Of a DNA stretch of 64,000 nt, positions 21,585 to 28,960 are shown in pieces. Under the pieces are notes generated by a model, which searched no databases, had not been told where the DNA came from, and worked only from the letters and a program-made list of their open reading frames with translations. Origin of the DNA: Rhodobiaceae bacterium (GTDB taxonomy: Bacteria; Pseudomonadota; Alphaproteobacteria; Rhizobiales; G965224185); contig OZ245042.1 of assembly GCA_965224185.1 (NCBI GenBank), positions 5,146,761-5,210,760 of the forward strand. Reading direction: 5' to 3'. The translations under genes and the position numbers were made by a program. The first letter of the stretch is position 1; every line of letters begins with the position of its first letter.

Positions 21585-21647
21585 CGTCTGCCTTTTCGAA
21601 TGTGAAACGGGCCAGGCTCCCGCTGCTAGAAACCTGGCCAGCCCGCA

Positions 21648-22691
21648 TCAATTGGCGTTGATCTTGCTCAGACGCTCGACTTCTGAGCGCATGAAGTCCA
21701 GCGCGGCCTGACCATCGACGCCCATACCGTCGACCTTGGCAATCCAGTCTTTGGCAATCGATTGCGAGTTCTCTTTGAGACTTGCCATCAACGCGTCCGA
21801 CGGCGGGTGGTACTTGACTGTTTTGGCAAGCTTGTCACGGCCTTTCAGGGCCTGTTGGTTCACCTTTACCCCGACCATGCGCGCCAGGTGCTCTCCCGAC
21901 AGGTCGGTCAGGACCTTTTGGTCCTCTGGTGACAGGCTGTTCCACGTCCTTGCATTGATGAAGTGGGTGAAATTGATCGAGAACAGCGACTTTTCAAACT
22001 GTATGCAGGACTTCGTGTAGCTGTCGATCTTGAACTGTAGAATGGAATCGTAAGTGATCCCGGTATAGGCCTCTACGACATTGCGCGAGACGATTTCGTG
22101 GATCTGGACGGCCGGACCGGTCACGGTCGCGACACCCATTTTCTTCAGGATCTTGTCCAGGTTCCCCTTGAGTGACCAGACCTTGCGGGTGGTCAGATCG
22201 TCCGCCGATGCGATCTGCCCATCCGTCAGCGAACACAGTGCTCCGCCCGCGAAATGGTACATGCCCAGAAGGTGGACACCCCGCCATTTTTCAGTGTCCG
22301 CAAAGAACTTCTGATAGGTGTTCCATAGCGCGACCGATGTCGCCTCGGAGTCCCCCTGATGCACCCAAGGCATCATGCCCACATGCGCACCGGGATTCTT
22401 CGGGCTAAGATAGATATTGGCGATGAAGCCGGCATCCGCCGCACCCTTGCGAACGGCGTCCATAACCTTCGGCGGCGGCGCAACCGATTTGGGCGTGAAC
22501 TCGATCGTGAGGCGGCCTTCGGATTTTTTGTGTACTTGATCGGCCCAATCGTTCATCACTTCCCAATAGAAGTGGCTGGGCGGAACGAAAATATTGAACA
22601 GAATTTTCGTTTTCGCAGCGGCCGAAAGCGGCGTCAGCAACGCGCAAGCCAACCCTGCCAGCGCCGCGTTTTTAAAGAACTTCAGGGGCAT
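21648..22691 (-). CDS. dctP: TRAP transporter substrate-binding protein (DctP family)
   Basis: 347 aa with signal peptide MPLKFFKNAALAGLACALLTPLSAAA and an SD ggaggag upstream. Confidence 0.85.
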   Translation of the reverse strand: MPLKFFKNAALAGLACALLTPLSAAAKTKILFNIFVPPSHFYWEVMNDWADQVHKKSEGRLTIEFTPKSVAPPPKVMDAVRKGAADAGFIANIYLSPKNPGAHVGMMPWVHQGDSEATSVALWNTYQKFFADTEKWRGVHLLGMYHFAGGALCSLTDGQIASADDLTTRKVWSLKGNLDKILKKMGVATVTGPAVQIHEIVSRNVVEAYTGITYDSILQFKIDSYTKSCIQFEKSLFSINFTHFINARTWNSLSPEDQKVLTDLSGEHLARMVGVKVNQQALKGRDKLAKTVKYHPPSDALMASLKENSQSIAKDWIAKVDGMGVDGQAALDFMRSEVERLSKINAN

Positions 22692-22735
22692 TTCTTCTCC
22701 TCCAATAGTCAGTTTCCAGGTCGGGTTGCGCGCGG

Positions 22736-24373
22736 TCAGGCCGTGTTTGACGGCTTGCGCGTCGGCAGGATTTCGGGGTTCTTGCCCGCCGCATCAGTTT
22801 CATCCCAGTATCCAATGAGCACGCCCAATTGCTCTTCCATGCCGGTCATCTGGAGATTGTGTTCTTCCGACCAGGTCTCGCGCTGACGATACTGCAGTGA
22901 CCACTCGGCGAGGCGATCGAACATTGACCGGCGGATGTCGGCATGGTCCGGACTACATCCAAGATCGACCAATTCGCCGGGATCACGGACCAGATCGAAC
23001 AGCACCGGCGGATACCCCGGCGCGTATATGTATTTCCATTCCTGGGTGGCGATCATGTACGAACGGCAGTCGAGCGGCATCCGTCCGGTCTCGGGCCGGA
23101 AGACCTGGCATGAATAGTCGTATTCGCTGATGGCGAAGTCCCGCCACTCGGTGTCCTCGCCCCGAAGCTTTGGCAATAGAGAGCGCCCGTCCAGGATGTT
23201 TTTGGCCACCGACCCTCCTTGGTATTCAATAAAGGTCGGGAGCAAATCAATCGACTCGACCAGGGAATCGTCGACTGTTCCACGTGTTCCGTCAGCGGAT
23301 GCACTCGGGTCGACGATGATCAGGGGGATTTTTACGGCGGGGTCGTGGAAGTAGTCTTTGTCGCCCATCCAATGGTCGCCGAGATAGTCGCCGTGGTCGG
23401 ACGTGAAAACGATCAAGGTGTCATCAAACAATCCACGCTCGCGCATAAATTCAAACAAGATCCCGAGCTGATCGTCGATTTGGGAAATCAGCCCCATATA
23501 AACAGGAATGACGGTTTCCCGAGCTATTTCCTTGCCGAAGGTCTTTCCTGCGACCCGGCTCATGAAATGCCGGACAAGCGGATTCGGATCGACCAACTCT
23601 CCGTCGGATTTGACGGCCGGGATAACGTCGCCCGCTGAATACATGTCATTGTATGGCGCTGGCGCGATATAAGGCCAATGCGGCTTGATGTAGGACAGAT
23701 GAAGCAGCCATGGCGTCTGGCCGCCGTCCTGGCTAAGGAAATCCATCGCCCGCCTCGTCATATAGGGCGTCTCCGAATCGTCCTCGCAGACCCTGGCGGG
23801 CAAATTGGCCTGATCGTTGAAGAATCCCGACCGAACCTGCCGACCGGTATCGACCGCGTTGGCAGCCCAATGCCACGGATTGTCGTCTTCGGTATGTCCC
23901 TTGGACTTCAGGTATTCGTTATATGCCAGATTGGGGCGAACCATCGTATCGGGGTGCACACCGTCGTCGCGCTCGAAAGCCTCAAATCCGGCTTGGGAAT
24001 GATGAACTCCGATGTAACTGTCGGGATCGACACCAAGTCTTTCCATTCCCTCTTTATCAGCAACCATGTGCGTTTTGCCGACCAAAACAGTACGCACCCC
24101 AAGCGGGTTAAGGTGGTGTCCAATATTTTTTTCACCGATGCGCAGTGGCGTGAAGTTGGAGGTCGCTCCATGCGAGGATACATAGCGACCGGTATAGGTG
24201 CTCATCCGCGACGGGCCGCAAATTGGTGACTGGCAATAGGCATTGCTGAACCGCACGCCGCGCGCCGCCAGCGCGTCGATGTTGGGGGTCTTTATCGTTG
24301 GATGTCCACTGCAACCCAGATAGTCAAACCTCAGTTGATCGCACATGATGAACAGAATGTTTTTGCGCGCCAT
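22736..24373 (-). CDS. Type I (formylglycine) sulfatase-family hydrolase, phosphonate-monoester-hydrolase (PMH)-like, cytoplasmic
   Basis: NILFIMCDQLR, the signature C-G-P-S-R (C-x-P-x-R) in SPICGPSRMSTYTG, and later LHLSYIKPHWPYIAPAPY, TSDHGDYLGDH and LFDLVRDPGE. The overall pattern resembles Rhizobium PMH as I remember it. No signal peptide. Confidence 0.8.
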   Translation of the reverse strand: MARKNILFIMCDQLRFDYLGCSGHPTIKTPNIDALAARGVRFSNAYCQSPICGPSRMSTYTGRYVSSHGATSNFTPLRIGEKNIGHHLNPLGVRTVLVGKTHMVADKEGMERLGVDPDSYIGVHHSQAGFEAFERDDGVHPDTMVRPNLAYNEYLKSKGHTEDDNPWHWAANAVDTGRQVRSGFFNDQANLPARVCEDDSETPYMTRRAMDFLSQDGGQTPWLLHLSYIKPHWPYIAPAPYNDMYSAGDVIPAVKSDGELVDPNPLVRHFMSRVAGKTFGKEIARETVIPVYMGLISQIDDQLGILFEFMRERGLFDDTLIVFTSDHGDYLGDHWMGDKDYFHDPAVKIPLIIVDPSASADGTRGTVDDSLVESIDLLPTFIEYQGGSVAKNILDGRSLLPKLRGEDTEWRDFAISEYDYSCQVFRPETGRMPLDCRSYMIATQEWKYIYAPGYPPVLFDLVRDPGELVDLGCSPDHADIRRSMFDRLAEWSLQYRQRETWSEEHNLQMTGMEEQLGVLIGYWDETDAAGKNPEILPTRKPSNTA

Positions 24374-24660
24374 TGGACTATCACCGCTCAGAACATTTGT
24401 TTTACTTGTGCTTTACCACCCAATTTGAGCGGCACGTACATGTAGGGCCACTGCTGACCATTCGCACTTTGAGGCCAGAACGTTCTGGAAAATTCGAGTT
24501 GGTGCAGGGGTCATCTGCATGCCGCTATATCCTCCCTTTGAGCTCCCGAACGGGACAGCCGTCAATCCGCGGCTCGCGCTCTATTTGTTCAAAATTGAAT
24601 TCGCAGCCGAGAACCCGAGCCCATCTTCTGAATGAAGTAGGCAGGCACATATTGCATAAA

Positions 24661-24731
24661 TGGGATCCCAAAACAATTGAATTCTGTATGTAATCCAAAA
24701 ATCCTCGATAAATCTTGATTTTGGGATCCCG
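24661..24731. promoter_or_regulatory. Two further copies of the TGGGATCCC(A/G) palindrome in the sulfatase/MBL-sulfatase divergent promoter region
   Basis: TGGGATCCCA at 24661-24670, preceded by attgcataaa as at 18931-18940. TGGGATCCCG at 24722-24731. Confidence 0.6.
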
Positions 24732-24867
24732 TTTATGTCACGTTACACGCAACACTAAGAAATATGCCAGCCATGGGACACGTGAGTTCAGGCTCACTGT
24801 TGGCCAAGCCAAGTGTGGCCAGTTTGGTTGCAAGCCCAAGCGCTTATACTTGGAGGAGAAGCCGCAA

Positions 24868-26145
24868 ATGCACCCGGAACTGAAATCCCATCCCGACTAC
24901 TTTCAAAAGGAAGTGGTTCAGCTTGCAGACAACGTCTACATGGCTTTCGGCTATGCGGCATCGAATGTGTTCATGATCAAAGGAGACGACGGGATCATCA
25001 TCGTCGACACGGCTGAGACGACCAGTGCCGCCGAAAACATCCTGTCGGAGTTCCGCAAGATCACCAATCTTCCAGTGAAAACCATCATCTACACCCATTC
25101 GCACCGCGACCACGTATCCGGCGCAAGTGTCTTTGCCGAAGGCGGAGCGCCTGAGGTATTGGCGAGTACCAGATTTTCCGACGATTCTCTGTTCGTCGCC
25201 TCTGAACATCCGTTACCGACCAAGGCGATGCAGGTGCGCACCAAGCGGCAGTTCGGCATCGGACTGTCCTATCCGGACGAGATCATCGGCATCGGCGTGG
25301 GTCCGGGTGACCGGCCCTTGGCCGGCATGGGCGCCGGTGCGTTGTCCCCGACCCGTCGGATAGGTGACGAGGGTGAAAGCATATCCATCTGCGGCGAAGA
25401 CCTGCAACTGGTCATGGCCCCCGGCGAGACCCCCGATCACATGGTCGTCTGGTATCCGAAAAAGAGAGTGCTGTTCTCAGGCGATAATTTTTACCGTTCC
25501 TTCCCGAATCTCTATGCCATTCGCGGCACGGCATACCGGGATTTTGATGCCTGGGCCGATACGATGGATCAGCTCATGGCCTTTGAACCGGAGGTTCTGG
25601 CCCCCGGCCACACAAAAGCGATCATTGGCGCGAACCAGATCAAGGAGGTGCTGACCGATTACCGCGACGCCATTCGCCATGTCGTCGATGAAACACGCTA
25701 TGGCATGGACGCCGGGCTGACCATCGACCAATTGGCACACTGCGTCAAACTGCCGGAGGAACTGGCTGCCAAACCCCATCTGCGCGAATATTACGGCCGG
25801 GTTGACTATGCGGTGCGCGCCTATTTCGTCGGCACAATGGGCTGGTTTGACGGCAATCCGACATCGCTGGCCTCACTCGCCCCGGATGACGAGGCCAATC
25901 GGTTTATTGAGATGGCCGGTGGCGCGGATGCGGTATTTGAGGCGGCGGCGAAAGCCCGAAACAACGGGGAATATCAATGGGCGCTGCAATTGATCGACCG
26001 TTTGATCTATTCCGATGGAAACGCGGCGCGGGCAATTGCAATGAAAGCAAAAGTCCTGAACGACTATGCGCAGGGCCAAATCAACTGCCCGACGCGCCAC
26101 TATTACCTGCAATGCGCAAAAGAGCTGTCAGCCTCCGGGCGCTAA
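24868..26145 (+). CDS. MBL-fold alkyl/aryl-sulfatase-like protein (type III sulfatase; MBL plus dimerisation domain, no SCP2 tail)
   Basis: THSHRDH metal motif and an alkyl-sulfatase dimerisation-domain-like region (YYGRVDYAVRAYFVGTMGWFDGNPTSL...GEYQWALQLIDRLIY). The ATG at 24868 follows ggaggag. The protein ends right after the dimerisation region. Confidence 0.75.
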   Translation: MHPELKSHPDYFQKEVVQLADNVYMAFGYAASNVFMIKGDDGIIIVDTAETTSAAENILSEFRKITNLPVKTIIYTHSHRDHVSGASVFAEGGAPEVLASTRFSDDSLFVASEHPLPTKAMQVRTKRQFGIGLSYPDEIIGIGVGPGDRPLAGMGAGALSPTRRIGDEGESISICGEDLQLVMAPGETPDHMVVWYPKKRVLFSGDNFYRSFPNLYAIRGTAYRDFDAWADTMDQLMAFEPEVLAPGHTKAIIGANQIKEVLTDYRDAIRHVVDETRYGMDAGLTIDQLAHCVKLPEELAAKPHLREYYGRVDYAVRAYFVGTMGWFDGNPTSLASLAPDDEANRFIEMAGGADAVFEAAAKARNNGEYQWALQLIDRLIYSDGNAARAIAMKAKVLNDYAQGQINCPTRHYYLQCAKELSASGR

Positions 26146-26319
26146 CGGACACTTTTGTCCTTTCAGAGGCGACGGGTGCATCGCCCCTTGCGTTCCAGCT
26201 TACGCTGCACGCAGCGGATTGGTACCGGCAGGTCCGAGCCAAGTCGCCGGGAATCCGCACACTATTGGAAATGCCCGGGCAGGTCGCGACCGGGCCGACC
26301 ATTCGTTTCGGCCGGAACT

Positions 26320-27504
26320 CTACCCGTCCTTGATATCACCCGCGCAGATCGTGTTCAGGCTGTGCGCAGCGTCGCCTTGGAAGATGTCTTCGGGGTGTTT
26401 GGCTTCGACGAGAACGAGATCGCCGCGTTTGCCTGTCGCAATTGTGCCGATTTCGGCGGCCGCGCCAAGGGCCTCGGCGGCGTTGGTGGTTATCGCCCGT
26501 ACCGCCTCAACCGGCGTCAGGCCGTATCGTGTGATGCCGAGCCGGGCAGCCGAAACGATGTTGAGATCACCCGTAGCGTCGGGACCGGCTTCCGTGGAGA
26601 TCGCTATCTTCACCCCCGATGCACGCATATCGTCGATCAGCGGCATTTGGCTGTCCTGGTCACGGATGGCAATCTGTGGGACGAGCACCGCGACACCACC
26701 GCTCGAAGCGATCGCGGCGACGCTCAGCGCATCGGATCGACACAGGAATGTTGCCGCTTGCGAGTTGAACGAGGCGGGCAGGGTCGCGCCGGCTGAATCT
26801 GAAAACCGATCGCAAGCAACGCGCGTCGGCGTTTTCTTCCTGTAAAACAGCTCAAGGACCGCGCTCGCCTGATCAAGGTCCAGGCCGGCCGCGTCATCGC
26901 AAAACACCTCCACGGCATCACACGCGCCGTGCTCATAGGTCTTCGGCATGAGGCCGGCCTCGATATCGGCGAGATGGTCGTCCGGGTCCCGATCCCGGGC
27001 AATGAAATGACCGGCAAACAGGGTGACCCGCGACAGGTTGGGCATTTCCGCCTGAAGCCTGCGGCACACAAGCGCGAGCCGGAATTCGTCCCGCGGCGTC
27101 CGGCCGAAGCCGGACTTCAGTTCGAACGCGGTAACGCCGCTTCGTGCCAATTTCGCAAGGCGCCGGCGCATGGATGCAAGCAGATTTTGGTCGTCAGCCG
27201 CGCTGGTCGCGGTCGCAACGGCTTGAACGAAGTCACGATAGTCCTGCGCCGACAGGCGCTCCGGCGCATCGACCCCAGGCGCCCAACATACGGTATTGTG
27301 ACAGGCGACGAAGCCGGGCAGGGCAAGCCGGCCGTCCATGGATGTCGCGTCGGCCAGATCACCGGCGAAGCCGGTCCTCGGTCCGGCATAGGCAATCAGA
27401 CCATCGCTGATTTCGACAACCGCATCCTCGATCAGTCCACAGGGATCGTCGGCGACCGGAACCATGGTCGCTAGATTCAGGTTTGTCAGAACCAGGTTGC
27501 CCAT
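26320..27504 (-). CDS. hutI: HutI-like (imidazolonepropionase-related) amidohydrolase of cmu clusters
   Basis: Amidohydrolase-fold N-terminus (IEDAVVEISDGLIAYAGP...LPGFVACHNT). Its position after paaE matches published cmu clusters. The start is ATG 27504. Confidence 0.7.
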   Translation of the reverse strand: MGNLVLTNLNLATMVPVADDPCGLIEDAVVEISDGLIAYAGPRTGFAGDLADATSMDGRLALPGFVACHNTVCWAPGVDAPERLSAQDYRDFVQAVATATSAADDQNLLASMRRRLAKLARSGVTAFELKSGFGRTPRDEFRLALVCRRLQAEMPNLSRVTLFAGHFIARDRDPDDHLADIEAGLMPKTYEHGACDAVEVFCDDAAGLDLDQASAVLELFYRKKTPTRVACDRFSDSAGATLPASFNSQAATFLCRSDALSVAAIASSGGVAVLVPQIAIRDQDSQMPLIDDMRASGVKIAISTEAGPDATGDLNIVSAARLGITRYGLTPVEAVRAITTNAAEALGAAAEIGTIATGKRGDLVLVEAKHPEDIFQGDAAHSLNTICAGDIKDG

Positions 27505-27515
27505 TGCGATCGCGC

Positions 27516-28598
27516 TCAAAGCTCGTCGAAATCGATGCGGACATGACGCGATGTCGGCTGCGCCAGGCAAGCCAGCACCAGTCCGTCCTCAAGGTCACAT
27601 TCCCGCAACGTCTTCAAAACCCCCGACCGCACCAGTGCCGTGCCGTAAGTGAGCTTGGCGATACAAGACGAACAGTCCCCTTCCTGGCAGGAAAACGGCA
27701 CATCGGCATCGATGCGCAGCAGAGCCTCGAGGATGGATTCTCCGTCTTTAGGTGCAACGTGGTTCTCTTCGCCGTTCATAACGGCCGTGATCTGTCGGCA
27801 TGATCCTTCCTCGCCGGGCGCCTTGGACACCACCGGGATAGGCGGGCCGTCATCGTCGTCGTTCAAGACAAGGTCAAAGCTTTCCCTGCGAATGTCGCGG
27901 TTGCCGAGACCAAATCCCATCAGTACCGATTCCGCTACATCCATGAACGGCTCAGGGCCGCACAGATAGGCACTCATGGGCAGGTTGCCGCGTCTCGCCC
28001 ATACCGGCAGGCGATCCTCAAGATATGTTCTGTCGACGCGCCCGCGGGAACCGGCCCAATCTGCGCCAACGCGCGAAAACACATGTTCGATCTCGGCCAG
28101 GGGGTGATCGCACAATGCCTCCAGATCGTCGCGGAGAACGACATGGTCGGGCGTGCGATTGCCACAGACAAGGGTAATCACCTGGTCGGGCCCCGCATCG
28201 AGCAGGCTCCTTGCGATGGGGATCATCGGCGCAACGCCGCTCCCGGCCGCCAGCAACAATGTATGACGTGGTTCCTCCGGAGGCTTGAAAAACACGCCGC
28301 GTGGCGGGGCAACCTGCAGAACATCACCGACCACCGTCTGATCGACGAGCCATGATGACATTCTGCCCTCCGGCACCTTCTTTGCCGTAATCCGAAAGCC
28401 CGCGGCCCGATCCGGGCTTGAGCTTATCGAATATTGCCGCAACAGAACCTCACCGCGAATTTCCTGTTCAATCGTAATGAATTGCCCGGCGCGGTGAGAA
28501 AACGTGGTGTCGAGGTCCCGCGGGACGTCAAACCACAGGCTCGCCGCATCGCGCCCCTCGGCCTGCTTTGCAGTGATTGTCAACGGATAGGTCGCCAT
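27516..28598 (-). CDS. paaE: PaaE-like ferredoxin:NAD(P)H oxidoreductase (FNR-like plus plant-type 2Fe-2S)
   Basis: RQYSISS FAD motif, AAGSGVAPM NAD-binding motif, and a C-terminal C-x4-C-x2-C (FSCQEGDCSSC) with a later Cys. The start is ATG 28598. Confidence 0.85.
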   Translation of the reverse strand: MATYPLTITAKQAEGRDAASLWFDVPRDLDTTFSHRAGQFITIEQEIRGEVLLRQYSISSSPDRAAGFRITAKKVPEGRMSSWLVDQTVVGDVLQVAPPRGVFFKPPEEPRHTLLLAAGSGVAPMIPIARSLLDAGPDQVITLVCGNRTPDHVVLRDDLEALCDHPLAEIEHVFSRVGADWAGSRGRVDRTYLEDRLPVWARRGNLPMSAYLCGPEPFMDVAESVLMGFGLGNRDIRRESFDLVLNDDDDGPPIPVVSKAPGEEGSCRQITAVMNGEENHVAPKDGESILEALLRIDADVPFSCQEGDCSSCIAKLTYGTALVRSGVLKTLRECDLEDGLVLACLAQPTSRHVRIDFDEL

Positions 28599-28605
28599 CC
28601 GGGGC

Positions 28606-28896
28606 TCAATCCTCCTCTGCGCCGCGCGCCGCGCGAATTTGCTTGGCAAAGGGATTGGGCCGGCTCAGTTTGACATGGCATCGGCAGGGATAGTCGTGAC
28701 CGCAAGTCTTGGCCTTGGGAGTCGCGTCCTTATCCGGCTTGGCGCCGGTGAGGATGTTGACCGCCATCACGGGCGCCACGCGCATGGTGCCGCCGCATGC
28801 GGTGCAGGCCAGTTCAAGGTCTCGCGATTCCTCGAACCCGATGGAAGCTTCGCGGCTGCGGCCGCAGTCTTCACAGCGAAAATCGTATCGTGGCAT
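28606..28896 (-). CDS. fmdB: FmdB-family zinc-ribbon protein
   Basis: MPRYDFRCEDCG...CTACGG is a CxxC...CxxC zinc ribbon of the FmdB/CxxC_CxxC_SSSS type. Confidence 0.75.
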   Translation of the reverse strand: MPRYDFRCEDCGRSREASIGFEESRDLELACTACGGTMRVAPVMAVNILTGAKPDKDATPKAKTCGHDYPCRCHVKLSRPNPFAKQIRAARGAEED

Positions 28897-28960
28897 CAGT
28901 TAACTCGAAGGCATTGCCGGCCCACGCCGGGCGTGGGCCGGCAAGGCGTCGATCGAAGCT

